Part shown: positions 19,023 through 29,301 of the stretch, piece by piece
Position numbering within the stretch: position 1 is the first letter of the stretch
Layout: each line of letters begins with the position of its first letter
Assembly (NCBI GenBank): GCA_046483495.1
Contig: JAWODC010000044.1
Location: forward strand, 128,001 to 192,000
Length of the DNA stretch: 64,000 nt
Direction of reading: 5' to 3'
Source of the DNA: Desulfobacterales bacterium
GTDB lineage: Bacteria > Desulfobacterota > Desulfobacteria > Desulfobacterales > UBA5616
Notes under the pieces: model-generated
What the model was told of the DNA's origin: nothing
Database searches by the model: none
What the model saw: only the letters and a program-made list of their open reading frames with translations
Made by a program: the position numbers and the translations under genes

Positions 19023-19772
19023 TCACCCATACACACTGGCGAACATGGGAAGCGGATCTGCGAGCCCACCGATGGAGGTGATGGGATATCGGAAGCCGAA
19101 TTTGGCCAGTTTCTTCATACCGGAAATGGATTTTTCCACCTCGTTCGGCGGCAGCGCAATAACCACCTCGTCGTCCGCGACCTGTCCTAGGGATCTTTCA
19201 CCGTAGCAGGGGACCGTAAACGCCGGTTCGTTGCTGATATAGCACTGCGACAGATGGTCGGAACAGGAGCCCTCGCCCACGAAATAGAACCGGAACCGCT
19301 GATGCGCTTCCTTTTGTATTCCGTTCATGACGAACATGATTTGAGCCGGATTCCCGTAAATCAACACGACATCCGGATCGAATTCCATACGGGTCAACGG
19401 CGAAAGCGCCACCCCCTCGCCGGCCGGTATTCGCGGACAGTCCTTCAGCTGGGCAACGGCTTCTTCCGGTGTTCCGACCCATGTTTTACTCAGCATTTTC
19501 GCCTCCGCCCGGATTTCTTCTTCCGTGGCATCGTGCAAACCATGGAACTGGGAACACCGCAACAGGAGCTTCTTGTCCTGGGTCACGCCCACGATCTGCC
19601 CCATAACCCGTGCCGCGAATATGGCCTGACAAAATGTATAAGGATGGTTAAAGCGGAACACATGCGCCAGTTTGTCCAGCGACTCGGCATCTTCGTATTT
19701 TTTGTATCCGATGGGGTCGGTTCTCAACCGCAGCATGTCCTTCAACGTTCGGCCGATCTCTTTCCATTCCAT
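19023..19772 (-). CDS. DUF169 family protein
   Basis: L.LRTDPIG, FCQAI..AR, PDVVLIYGNPAQIM, GSCSD, PCYGER, DDEV. Confidence 0.85.
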   Translation of the reverse strand: MEWKEIGRTLKDMLRLRTDPIGYKKYEDAESLDKLAHVFRFNHPYTFCQAIFAARVMGQIVGVTQDKKLLLRCSQFHGLHDATEEEIRAEAKMLSKTWVGTPEEAVAQLKDCPRIPAGEGVALSPLTRMEFDPDVVLIYGNPAQIMFVMNGIQKEAHQRFRFYFVGEGSCSDHLSQCYISNEPAFTVPCYGERSLGQVADDEVVIALPPNEVEKSISGMKKLAKFGFRYPITSIGGLADPLPMFASVYG

Positions 19773-19853
19773 TTTTCTCTCCTTTTCACGTTTACTTATC
19801 TATTTATTGAACCGGAAATCGCCTTTTCCGGTTGATCACGACAAAGACGATTC

Positions 19854-20948
19854 TCACCGATCCAGTGGCTGTGCATCGCTTTCGAAATAGGCATGAAATT
19901 TTTTCGGCAGCCGCCGGTAATCGTACGAATCGATGTGTCGTGAAAAATCGACGGCATTATAGGTGTTCCAGAACAGCACGACAGAATGATTCGGGTCGCC
20001 GGATGCCGCCCGGTCGATCAATGCGGCCATTGCTTTTCCGGTGTAGGTACCTTCGAGATCGATCCCCTCGCTTTCTTTCAGAAGGCGGACGGCATTCATG
20101 CCCTGCTCGGTAAATTGCGCATACTGCTCACCGAAAAAGTCGTGGTGAAAACGGGTGTTCGTCGGTTCCGGTTCAATCGGTGGAAACGACGGGTCCATTC
20201 GGGCAATCCATTCGGCTGTCCCGGCAAACAACCGCGTAAACTTTTTTTCATCGGCATAGGTTCTATCGGTGACCCTGACACAATCCACCGTTGTGGACAT
20301 TCCGGCCGCTTTCAACCCCAGCGCCAATCCAACGGCGGTTCCCATGGTGCCCAGAGCGACGAAAATGCGGTCCGGTTTTGGAAGAAGCCCCGCTTCCACC
20401 TGGTTCCGGAGTTCAAAAGCCGCGTTCACATAGCCCAGCACCCCGATCCGTGATGATCCCCCGGGCGGCACAATATACGGAAGTCTACCCTGCCGTATTA
20501 GATGACTCGCCAACGTCAGCATAACGGGCAGACAGGCGGAAGCCGACGATCGGAAGTGGCGCAGCCGTGCATGGTGCGCGTGGCCCATCAACAGGTTTTT
20601 CCCGACATACCGTGCGTTCGGCTGCTCGAGCAAAATGGAAGTCGATTTGAACCCGAGTTTTTCCGCGTATATGGAAGTCGCCAGGGCGTGATTCGAACCC
20701 GCATATCCGAAGGTCAGAACGGATTTTTTCCGTTTCCGAAGCGCATCACCCAGAATGAACTCGAGCTTTCTAACCTTGTTTCCACCGTACACCTCACCGC
20801 TCGAGCCGTCGTGCTTAAGGTATAGGCCGTCCATCCCGAGGATATCGCCAAGACGGCGAAGGGGAATTACAGGAGTCGGAAAACCGCCTATGGGCACGTG
20901 CGAAACGCGATCGATTAATCGGGGAAACGCTTCAAACAGCGGCAGCAT
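19854..20948 (-). CDS. PLP-dependent D-cysteine desulfhydrase/ACC deaminase family enzyme
   Basis: PTP, YGGNKVRKLE (PLP Lys), GSNH, PPGGS, GTMGT, EGTYTGK. Confidence 0.88.
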   Translation of the reverse strand: MLPLFEAFPRLIDRVSHVPIGGFPTPVIPLRRLGDILGMDGLYLKHDGSSGEVYGGNKVRKLEFILGDALRKRKKSVLTFGYAGSNHALATSIYAEKLGFKSTSILLEQPNARYVGKNLLMGHAHHARLRHFRSSASACLPVMLTLASHLIRQGRLPYIVPPGGSSRIGVLGYVNAAFELRNQVEAGLLPKPDRIFVALGTMGTAVGLALGLKAAGMSTTVDCVRVTDRTYADEKKFTRLFAGTAEWIARMDPSFPPIEPEPTNTRFHHDFFGEQYAQFTEQGMNAVRLLKESEGIDLEGTYTGKAMAALIDRAASGDPNHSVVLFWNTYNAVDFSRHIDSYDYRRLPKKFHAYFESDAQPLDR

Positions 20949-21000
20949 GGTTCGCCTCTCTTTTGTTTTTTACGGGTTAGCCGGCAAAAAGCAACTGCTT

Positions 21001-22332
21001 CTATGTCGGCAGTTTGGCTCGGCGGTTGAACGCTTCCCAGGCTCGTTTATGGAGGAAACCGCGCTTTCCGTTCGGCCGGCTCTGTTTTACCTGGACCATC
21101 CATTTGTCTTCGAGAGCGGCGGCATATTGAAAGCATGCATGGGAAAACTTCCCCCTTTCATCTCTCTTTCGCCCTGCCGTTTTAAGCGCCTTTGTGAAAA
21201 ATTCCTGCTCGAAGGCCTCTCGCTCCCGGCAAAACAGGGTCGACCGGTTTTCGAAATCTTCCAGGACGGCGCGGTGAAAACGCTCGTGCCGCCAAAAAAG
21301 CGAGTGCGGGTCGTATACTCCCGTAGGGGTGGGACCGGTATCCGGCGGCTCTATGTCCGTCCACAACGGTTTGAATATGCCGGTGCAGGGCGCCGACGTC
21401 CCCGTCAAAAAATGGGTGGGGTGGTCGGGGTGCAGGTAAGATATCATGGAGCCGGTTGTCTGGCTTCCCCGTACCGGTCCGAAACAGGCGTGCATGCAAA
21501 CGCCGGCACCGGTAAGTCCCACATCCGGCCGTCTTTCGCCCTTACCCCGAATGTCGTGATCCCTGAGAATGGCTGCGGCCGACGAAATATCGATATTGCC
21601 GGCGACGTTTTCAAGCAGCAGTTGTGTTCGCCTTCTTCTGCTCCGGCAGTCACTCAATGGGGTATAAACAAAATCCGAATAGCACTTCAAAAAATGAAAA
21701 TTTTCCCGCTTTGCCGCCCATTTTCTTCTTAGGGCATACGCCACAAGATCCGGAGAGGCCATGTCCCACTCGCCGCCGATGGTCAGACCGTTCGAAATCG
21801 TATAAATGCCGTTTATTTTCTTTGCAGCCCAATGACGGTCTACGGTCTCGAGAAGCCATGCTTCCCGGGGATCGGCAACGATAAAGCTGTTGTGGTAAGC
21901 GATCGTTTTCGAAAAGCCGCAGTTCCCCCCCTGCCCGAACGTTTCAAGCAGTTCCGTCATCACACGAACGGCGCCTGCAGCCGACGTCGAGCGTTCGAGA
22001 CCCAGGCGTAGAAGGTCCATCCCGATCAGGGCGTTTTTCCTGCTCGCAGGCAGCTTTGAAAATATCGCCTCGTTCCCGATGGTCACCCCATGCTCGTTGG
22101 CGCCCATTTCCGCCCCCCATATCCAGAATGGTTTGGAAAGAAGCACGGCATGGGTATGAGGGACCTGGGGAATGTGGATGTACGTGCATGCCACCGTACT
22201 GCCGGGGGAATGATCTTCAGCGGGGATCACCTGGATCATTTGCGCTTCGTTGGGTTCGCGATCGGAATTTTTGGCAAAAACAGTCACGCCCGTCCGGGTG
22301 GCATCCCCTGTCGCAACGAATGTGTCACACAT
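21001..22332 (-). CDS. Peptidase family C69 (secernin-like dipeptidase, Ntn hydrolase)
   Basis: N-terminal MCDT nucleophile, FAKNSDREPNE, WGAEMGANEHGV.IGNE, GMDLLRLGLER. Confidence 0.9.
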   Translation of the reverse strand: MCDTFVATGDATRTGVTVFAKNSDREPNEAQMIQVIPAEDHSPGSTVACTYIHIPQVPHTHAVLLSKPFWIWGAEMGANEHGVTIGNEAIFSKLPASRKNALIGMDLLRLGLERSTSAAGAVRVMTELLETFGQGGNCGFSKTIAYHNSFIVADPREAWLLETVDRHWAAKKINGIYTISNGLTIGGEWDMASPDLVAYALRRKWAAKRENFHFLKCYSDFVYTPLSDCRSRRRRTQLLLENVAGNIDISSAAAILRDHDIRGKGERRPDVGLTGAGVCMHACFGPVRGSQTTGSMISYLHPDHPTHFLTGTSAPCTGIFKPLWTDIEPPDTGPTPTGVYDPHSLFWRHERFHRAVLEDFENRSTLFCREREAFEQEFFTKALKTAGRKRDERGKFSHACFQYAAALEDKWMVQVKQSRPNGKRGFLHKRAWEAFNRRAKLPT

Positions 22333-22341
22333 GGCGCTCCT

Positions 22342-22797
22342 TTACTCGCGCTCCCACACCAGCACGCCCTGGAATTTTTCGTCCCCGAATGCAAAGGGCG
22401 GGGTTTTCAATGTCAGCCGGTCTCCGTTGAATTCAAAGAACCTCACCTGGTCGGCTCCCACCCAATTTGGAAACAGGCTTCCCTCCACATGCGTGATCAG
22501 CCGTTGCTTTTCGAGATCCAATTCGAAAGGGCCATAATAGGCAATATAACCTTCAAACGCCGATTTTATTTCTTCGAAGGTGCCGTTCGAGGGATCTTCG
22601 GAAGCAAACCCGGGTCGTCCTTTTCGCATCAGCTGAGCGGACATGAATCCGGATCGAGAAAAAATCACCCGGCCCAGTGCATCGTCTCCAAGAGGGTGAA
22701 TCACCTCGCCCCCGGAGGTTCTGAATTCGGAAGCGATCAGCCGCCAGGATCCGGTAAACTGCTTGAAAATGGTGTCGTAATCGGTCTTCATCGGCAA
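22342..22797 (-). CDS. Lipocalin-like domain protein
   Basis: FTGSWRL, GFMSAQL, YIAYYG.F, H.EGSLFPNWVG..Q.R, LVWER. Confidence 0.8.
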   Translation of the reverse strand: MPMKTDYDTIFKQFTGSWRLIASEFRTSGGEVIHPLGDDALGRVIFSRSGFMSAQLMRKGRPGFASEDPSNGTFEEIKSAFEGYIAYYGPFELDLEKQRLITHVEGSLFPNWVGADQVRFFEFNGDRLTLKTPPFAFGDEKFQGVLVWERE

Positions 22798-22935
22798 GCT
22801 TTCATGTGAGGTTGGTGTGTGGCGGGGAAAGAGCGACCCCGTACCGGATTTCTGCAGTAATCACCATCAGGCGGGTAGCGTTTTCGGAAGTTTGCGGCGT
22901 CCGGTCCGCTCTTCCTTGAACCCCGAAAGTTGAAT

Positions 22936-23580
22936 TTATAAGTCTAGGTGCATAGAGGCGATTCCCGGGGTCCCGAAAACGTTTTCGAAATCCGGGTGGC
23001 TGTATTCCGTTACGTAGCGGAATCCGACTTTTTCATAGGCATTTTTGGCCGGCGTGTTCCCCAGGATATAACCGACCTGCGATGCTGCAAATCCCTGCCG
23101 TCGCCCTTCTTCGATAATTTCCTGAAGCAGACGGTTGATGATCCCCCGGCCCCGGTACTCGGGCCTTGTCGCGACCCATTCGAGATTCCAGCGCCCGTCA
23201 TGATACACATACTTGATGGAGGTCATCGGCGCGATTCTTTCCGGAATCGCCATCAGTTCAGATTCCGGCAGGTCCATTTTTCGAAACGCTTCCAGCATGG
23301 CCGGGGCAAGATTTTTGGGGCCGTACCGGCTGTTTTCAAAGGCGGCCAACGCCGCTGCGGGTTTTTGGTCCACCTCTGCAACGCGAAAACGGGTCCAATG
23401 GCCGAAGTGGATCGTCTCCGTATGGATCAGCGCACTGAGCTTTTCAAGGCGCTGTTCGTCCGGTCCGGGAAACGCAAGATCCCACATCCCGATAGGAAGA
23501 TGGGAGCGTGCCGCTGCCTGCATGACCCATGCAAGGAACGGGGCATCCGATTCTTTGGCCGGTCTGGTTTTTACCACCAT
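22936..23580 (-). CDS. GNAT family N-acetyltransferase
   Basis: VATRPEYRGRGI acetyl-CoA motif A; NTPAKNAYEKVGF. Confidence 0.88.
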   Translation of the reverse strand: MVVKTRPAKESDAPFLAWVMQAAARSHLPIGMWDLAFPGPDEQRLEKLSALIHTETIHFGHWTRFRVAEVDQKPAAALAAFENSRYGPKNLAPAMLEAFRKMDLPESELMAIPERIAPMTSIKYVYHDGRWNLEWVATRPEYRGRGIINRLLQEIIEEGRRQGFAASQVGYILGNTPAKNAYEKVGFRYVTEYSHPDFENVFGTPGIASMHLDL

Positions 23581-23888
23581 AAGCGGGTTCTCCTGTCAGT
23601 GCTGTTATACAATGAAACGAAAGGTTCAAAAAGCAGGCCTTGGAAATTCAGGGGAAACGAAATTTTTTTTATTATGCCCTATTTGGAGAAAAACGTAAAC
23701 AGGTTTTTCCCGGCAGGTGTCGGCCGGCCACTCGCTTCCTGCGTTTGGCGTCAATTTGGACCAACGCTTTCATTCAGCTTTCGGCAATTCATGCCCTGTC
23801 TCGTCGCGCCCGTCGCGTTCGTCTCGCTTTTCCCGTCGGCGAATGGTCCAATCCGCTTGACTGTGAATTCCGAAACTTTCATTTATAC

Positions 23889-23954
23889 TTGACCGCGGTA
23901 TCCATTTATTCTATGTTCAGCTTTACCAAATTCAGTTCGATAATATCATACAAA
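23889..23954 (+). promoter_or_regulatory. Putative sigma70 promoter of iclR with a possible IclR-type operator
   Basis: TTGACC(23889)-17 nt-TATGTT(23912), followed by GTTCGATAATATCATAC, resembling IclR/PcaR-family boxes. Confidence 0.45.
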
Positions 23955-23967
23955 TACCCAGGATCCA

Positions 23968-24729
23968 ATGAGCATTCAGTCCGTCGGCAGAGCACTGCAA
24001 ATCTTATCTTTATTTACCCATGAACAACCGCGGCTCGGGATCACGGAAATCAGCAGGGCAATGCATCTCCCGAAACCGACCGTTCACGGACTCGTTCAGA
24101 CAATGGTGAATTTTAAATTTTTAACCCAAGATCCGGAAACACGAAAATATTGCCTCGGCAGAAAACTGTACGAGCTCGGGTCCGTCTTTACCTCACACAT
24201 CAAAATAAACCAGGTCGGGACAATGTCGGCTCAGGAGCTGGCGGCCCGAGTGGGAATGGCGGTCAATCTCGCCATCTGGGATGATTCTTCGGTATTGATG
24301 ACATTTCGCGGGGCATCGAACTACCAAAATCTTCAACCCCGCCAATTCGCCTCCCGTATACCCGCCTACTGCAGTTCACAGGGAAAGGCGATTCTATCGT
24401 CGCTTCCCGACGACGCGTTGGTCGAATACCTGGACAGCACACGTCTGATAGCTTATACCCCGAATACCATTACGGATCGTGATAAACTAACCGCAGAGCT
24501 GCAGCACACTCGAAAACAGGGGTTCGCCGTCGATTGTGAAGAATACATTATCGGCATCTGCTGCATCGGGGCCCCTGTACTGGACAATACCGGTTTTCCT
24601 GTCGGCGCCGTCAGCATTTCCGGAAGCAAAGAGCAGATCTTCGGGGAAAAAACACATCAACTATCCTCGGATCTTATCAAGGCGGCCATGGAAATCTCAT
24701 ACCAAATGGGATATCTGCCGAGGATATAA
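23968..24729 (+). CDS. IclR family transcriptional regulator
   Basis: IQSVGRALQIL, HTH LPKPTVHGLV, PAYCSSQGKA, YTPNTIT, GFAVD.EE. Confidence 0.95.
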   Translation: MSIQSVGRALQILSLFTHEQPRLGITEISRAMHLPKPTVHGLVQTMVNFKFLTQDPETRKYCLGRKLYELGSVFTSHIKINQVGTMSAQELAARVGMAVNLAIWDDSSVLMTFRGASNYQNLQPRQFASRIPAYCSSQGKAILSSLPDDALVEYLDSTRLIAYTPNTITDRDKLTAELQHTRKQGFAVDCEEYIIGICCIGAPVLDNTGFPVGAVSISGSKEQIFGEKTHQLSSDLIKAAMEISYQMGYLPRI

Positions 24730-24769
24730 CCGAATAACCCTAAAACCCCCCAACGGGAGGATCCATGTT

Positions 24770-25882
24770 ATGCAAGTGTATGGCTCGAATGAATTAATGG
24801 AACACGTCCTGAAGAACGATCTGTGCATCGGCTGCGGGGCTTGTGTCGATCTGTGCCCCTATTTTCGAACCTATAAGGGAAAGACAGCCATGATCTTTCC
24901 CTGTACGATCACCAAGGGGCGCTGCCACGCCTTTTGCCCAAAAGCGGAATCGGACCTTTCCGAGCTGTCGTTGGCTGTTTACGGCAAGCCCTACGACGGA
25001 AGCCCACTCGGACACTATGAATCAGTATGGGTTGCATCCGCCGGCGAAACCATGCCCGTCGGGCAATTCCAGGCAGGGGGAACCGTTTCCGCACTGATGA
25101 CCATTGCCATGAAAAACAACATGATCGATGCCGCCGTCCTGACCGGACGCAAAGGATTGATTCCCACGGCCGAACTGGTCACCGAAGCGGATGCCGTAAC
25201 CCGTTTCGCCACATCCAAATATACTGCGGCACCAACCCTTTCCGCAGTTAACCGGGCGGCAAAAAAGGGATTGAATCGGCTCGGCGTGGTGGGGACTCCC
25301 TGCCAGATGACGGCTCTCGCCCAGATGAGCACCAATCCTTTCGATGAAGCCGATTTTCATGATCCCGTAGCGCTGAAAATCGGGCTGTTTTGTACGTGGG
25401 CACTGGATACGAGGCGATTGACCGCTTTTCTGAAAGATCGAGTGGATATTCCGAGCATCCAATCCATGGACATTCCACCGCCGCCGGCCGAAATTCTGGT
25501 GGTGAAAACGGAATCGGAAACGATTGAAATTCCACTGGACGAAATACGGCTTCTGGTTCCCGGCGCATGCGGGGTTTGTCCCGATATGACCGCCGAATGG
25601 GCCGATGTGTCGGTAGGGATCCTGGAAGGCGAACCGAAACGAAACACCCTGATCGTCCGGACGCAAACCGGAAAAAATCTCGTGGACGCCGCCGTCTCGG
25701 AGGGTTATCTGCAGTTATCGGATATGCCGGAAGAAAATTTGGAGCATTTGAAATCGGCAGCGGCAAACAAGAAAAAACGGGCGGTGGCAAAGGCGCTGGA
25801 AGACGGCCTGCTCAATCCGGAAAACGGCAGCCATGCCGTAATGCGAATCGAAGCGTCCGTTGTCGAACGGATTATTGCATAA
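24770..25882 (+). CDS. FrhB/FdhB family (F420 hydrogenase beta-like) Fe-S flavoprotein
   Basis: ATG 24770 after GGGAGG; CIGCGAC...CP ferredoxin motif, QAGGTVSAL, SKY, VGTPCQ, IGLFC, ACGVCPD, DVSVG. Confidence 0.88.
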   Translation: MQVYGSNELMEHVLKNDLCIGCGACVDLCPYFRTYKGKTAMIFPCTITKGRCHAFCPKAESDLSELSLAVYGKPYDGSPLGHYESVWVASAGETMPVGQFQAGGTVSALMTIAMKNNMIDAAVLTGRKGLIPTAELVTEADAVTRFATSKYTAAPTLSAVNRAAKKGLNRLGVVGTPCQMTALAQMSTNPFDEADFHDPVALKIGLFCTWALDTRRLTAFLKDRVDIPSIQSMDIPPPPAEILVVKTESETIEIPLDEIRLLVPGACGVCPDMTAEWADVSVGILEGEPKRNTLIVRTQTGKNLVDAAVSEGYLQLSDMPEENLEHLKSAAANKKKRAVAKALEDGLLNPENGSHAVMRIEASVVERIIA

Positions 25883-25897
25883 AACAAGGGGGAAAAC

Positions 25898-27829
25898 ATG
25901 TCTATTCTGATCAATGGAGAACCCGGCAAACGGTATCTGGTCATGGGAAATGAGGCCATTGCCCGGGGGGCGCTCGAAGCCGGTGTGCAGGTGTGCGCCG
26001 GATATCCGGGAACCCCTTCCTCGGAAATCATCGAAAGCCTTTCAAAGGCGGCCGGAGACCGAAACATCTATGTGGAGTGGTCGGCGAATGAAAAAGTCTC
26101 GATGGAGGTGGCGGCGGCCGCTTCCTTTGCGGGGCTGCGGTCCATTTGTCCGATGAAGCAGAACGGTGTGAACGTCGGCTCTGATTTTCTGCTGCACCTG
26201 GCGCTTTCCGGAACCCGGGGCGGGATGGTCATCGTGCCCTGCGACGATCCCGGTGCCCTGTCAAGCATCAATGAGGGCGAATCCCGCCAGTTTGCACGTC
26301 TTTTCGAAGTGCCCCTGCTGGAACCCGGTGATTTTCAGGAGGCCAAAGACATGGTGAAATGGGCGTTTTCGCTGTCCGAGGACCTTCGAAGCATGGTGTT
26401 CGTCAGAAGTGTCACCCGACTCTCTCATGCCAGTGGAAATGTGCTGTTCGACAGGCTCCCGGAAGATGACAGAAAAGCCTGTTTCAAACATGACGGTTTC
26501 CTGCTCGATGAAATGGAGGGCATTGTGACCAGCGCGCCGGTGGATTACAAGCACGGTCTGCAGCATGCAAAACTCAAGAAAGCCGCCGAACAGTTTGAAA
26601 CCTCTCCCTTCAATACTTATACCGGGCCTGAAAATCCCGAACTGATGCTGATCACCTCGTCGGCATGCACGTTTTACTGCAAAGAAGCCATCGGCCTGTT
26701 GGGCGTCGGTGACCGTGTGGGACTGTTGAAGCTCGGCACGACCTGGCCCCTGCCTCCGAATTTGATGGAAACCTATTTATCGAAAACGGATACATTTTTT
26801 ATCGTCGAGGAAGTCATTCCCTTTATGGAGGAGAATGTAAAAATTCTTGCCCAGGAAACGGCCCCACGAATCGGCATCAAGACCATCATGGGCAAACGGG
26901 ACGGGAAACTTCCCATGGTGGGCGAACTGAACCCCGATATCGTAACGGAAGCCCTTGCAGGACTGCTGAATATTTCCTACAAGCCCCAGCCCGACGATTA
27001 CGTCAAACGCAGTCAGGAAATCGTCGTTCAGGCGCCCGGCCGTGAACTGACATTCTGTCCGGGCTGCCCCCACCGCGCGTCCTTCTGGACCATCAACAAC
27101 GTTCTGAAGATGGATAATCGGCAGGGGTTTGTCTGCGGCGATATCGGATGCTACAGTCTGGCCATGCTCCCCACCGGCTTTTCGGCATCCAAGACGATGC
27201 ATGCCATGGGATCCGGAACGGGAGTGGCATCCGGGTTCGGAAAGCTCAAACAATTCGGCATGGACCAGCCTGTACTCTCCGTCTGCGGTGACTCGACGTT
27301 TTTTGCATCGGCCCTGCCGGCCCTTTTCAACGCCGTTCACAACCAATCGGACCTCACCATGGTGGTGCTGGACAACAGCGGAACCGCAATGACCGGATTC
27401 CAGACGCATCCCGGCCTTGCCGTCGACGCCATGGGGCAACATGTCCCCGCGGTCAGTATCGACGCCGTCTGCCGGGCCATCGGGGCAAAGGTTAAAATCA
27501 GCGACCCCTTCGACATCGAAGCCACGCAGGACGCCCTTTGTGAACTGCTTGAAGAAGATGGGGTGAAGGTTTTGATTTTGCGTCAGATTTGCACACTGAG
27601 TCCTGAAAAAAAAGCAAAAAAGCAATTCGAGGTTCTTGTCAATGAAGAACAGTGCCTGGGAGAGGATTGCGGGTGCGGCCGCTTGTGCACCCGTATTTTC
27701 AGGTGTCCCGGACTGATATGGAACAAGGAAAAGAAAAAAGCTGAGATCAACGAGGTCATTTGCATCGGCTGCGGCGTTTGTGCATCCATTTGTCCCAACA
27801 GCGCCATCGAAAAAAAGGAGGTTGCATAA
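25898..27829 (+). CDS. iorA: Indolepyruvate:ferredoxin oxidoreductase alpha subunit
   Basis: GNEAIARG, YPGTPSSE, NEKV, FCPGCPH, GDIGCY, TPP-binding GDSTF..DNSGTAMTG, C-terminal CIGCGVC. Confidence 0.93.
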   Translation: MSILINGEPGKRYLVMGNEAIARGALEAGVQVCAGYPGTPSSEIIESLSKAAGDRNIYVEWSANEKVSMEVAAAASFAGLRSICPMKQNGVNVGSDFLLHLALSGTRGGMVIVPCDDPGALSSINEGESRQFARLFEVPLLEPGDFQEAKDMVKWAFSLSEDLRSMVFVRSVTRLSHASGNVLFDRLPEDDRKACFKHDGFLLDEMEGIVTSAPVDYKHGLQHAKLKKAAEQFETSPFNTYTGPENPELMLITSSACTFYCKEAIGLLGVGDRVGLLKLGTTWPLPPNLMETYLSKTDTFFIVEEVIPFMEENVKILAQETAPRIGIKTIMGKRDGKLPMVGELNPDIVTEALAGLLNISYKPQPDDYVKRSQEIVVQAPGRELTFCPGCPHRASFWTINNVLKMDNRQGFVCGDIGCYSLAMLPTGFSASKTMHAMGSGTGVASGFGKLKQFGMDQPVLSVCGDSTFFASALPALFNAVHNQSDLTMVVLDNSGTAMTGFQTHPGLAVDAMGQHVPAVSIDAVCRAIGAKVKISDPFDIEATQDALCELLEEDGVKVLILRQICTLSPEKKAKKQFEVLVNEEQCLGEDCGCGRLCTRIFRCPGLIWNKEKKKAEINEVICIGCGVCASICPNSAIEKKEVA

Positions 27830-27832
27830 GTT

Positions 27833-28453
27833 ATGACAAACGTCACTCTTGCCCACGATCCGTACAACCTGATTATCGCCGGCGTGGGGGGACAGGGAAA
27901 CGTCCTCGCCTCGCGGGTCGTCGGGAACATGCTGTCCAGAAAAGGATTAACCATTACCATCGGTGAAACGTTCGGCGGAACGCAGCGTGGCGGGTCAGTC
28001 ATGAGCCATCTTCGGATCAGCGCTGATTCCGCTTACTCCCCCCTGATCCCGAAAGGAAAAGCCCATATGGTGATCGGGCTCGAACCCACGGACACCATGA
28101 GGGTATTGGGGACCTACGGCAACCCCGAGGTCAAAACGATCTGCAATACCCGGCCGATTCATCCGGTTCAAGTCATTTCCGGTGAACTCGCTTATCCGGA
28201 CCTTAAAGACGCCGAGGAATGGATTCGCGAACTGAGCAGCGCCGCCTGGTTTCTCGATGCCACGGATGTGGCCATGAAAATGGGTGCCGCCATTCTGGGA
28301 AATATCATTCTTATCGGTGCACTGGCCGGTTTAAACGAGCTGCCCATGGACAGGGGTGATTTTGAAGCCGCCATCCGCATGACGTTTTCCGGGGAAAAGG
28401 TCGATACCAATCTTAAAGCGTACGATAAAGGCATCGAGATGATTGCGAGTTAA
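27833..28453 (+). CDS. iorB: Indolepyruvate:ferredoxin oxidoreductase beta subunit
   Basis: GVGGQG, QRGGSVMSHLRI, SPLIPKGKA. Confidence 0.93.
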   Translation: MTNVTLAHDPYNLIIAGVGGQGNVLASRVVGNMLSRKGLTITIGETFGGTQRGGSVMSHLRISADSAYSPLIPKGKAHMVIGLEPTDTMRVLGTYGNPEVKTICNTRPIHPVQVISGELAYPDLKDAEEWIRELSSAAWFLDATDVAMKMGAAILGNIILIGALAGLNELPMDRGDFEAAIRMTFSGEKVDTNLKAYDKGIEMIAS

Positions 28454-28516
28454 AACGATTGTGACATGAGCGTAAGCCCCTCATCCAAGACCCTATTTTA
28501 AAAAGGTTTCGTTAAA

Positions 28517-29248
28517 ATGAAGAACGTATCGCTTTTTATCCCCTGTATTGTGGACCTTTTTATGCCCGATACCGGTGAAGCCGCAGTGAATTTATTGCGC
28601 AAGCTCGGCCTCTCTCCGATCTACCATGAAAACCAGACGTGCTGCGGCCAGCCGGCATTTCATGCCGGCCATTCCGATGAGGCGGTTAAGCTGGCCAAAC
28701 GCTTCATCGAAATTTTCGAGGATGACGAAATCATCGTGTGCCCCTCGGGATCCTGCGTGGTGACGGTCAAAAAACACTATCCGGAAATGCTTGCCGACGA
28801 TCCGAAATGGCAGCCACGGGCGGAATCCGTTTCCAATCGCATTTTCGAACTTTCGGAGTTCATCGTCGATCACATGGGTGTAACGGACGTGGGGGCGCGC
28901 TTCAACGGCAAGGTCGCCTACCACGAGTCCTGTCAGCTCAGCCGTGAACTAGGGGTGGTGGAACAACCCAAATCGTTGATTCGCGCCGTTGCGGGTACGG
29001 AATTGGTGCCGCTGCCGAATGCATCGGTCTGCTGTGGCTTCGGCGGAAAGTTTTCCGTGGATTACGCCGATATCTCCGAAGCACTGGTGAAGGAAAAAGC
29101 CGGCCACTACATTGCGTCGAAAGCCGATCTCCTGGTTGTTTCCGAACCGGGATGCTTTTTAAACATCAACGGCTACCTCACCCGGCACCATCCGGAGCAT
29201 AAAGCGATGCACATCGCCGATTTTTTAGCCGGACCGGCGGATTGTTAG
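28517..29248 (+). CDS. lutA: LutA-type CCG-domain Fe-S subunit of a lactate-type dehydrogenase
   Basis: FIPC, QTCCGQP, PSGSC, YHESC, CCGFGGKF. Confidence 0.85.
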   Translation: MKNVSLFIPCIVDLFMPDTGEAAVNLLRKLGLSPIYHENQTCCGQPAFHAGHSDEAVKLAKRFIEIFEDDEIIVCPSGSCVVTVKKHYPEMLADDPKWQPRAESVSNRIFELSEFIVDHMGVTDVGARFNGKVAYHESCQLSRELGVVEQPKSLIRAVAGTELVPLPNASVCCGFGGKFSVDYADISEALVKEKAGHYIASKADLLVVSEPGCFLNINGYLTRHHPEHKAMHIADFLAGPADC

Positions 29249-29301
29249 TCCGCGGTCAAACCGCGAAAACATCCATATGACAGCCAAGGGAATCTTTTGT
29301 C

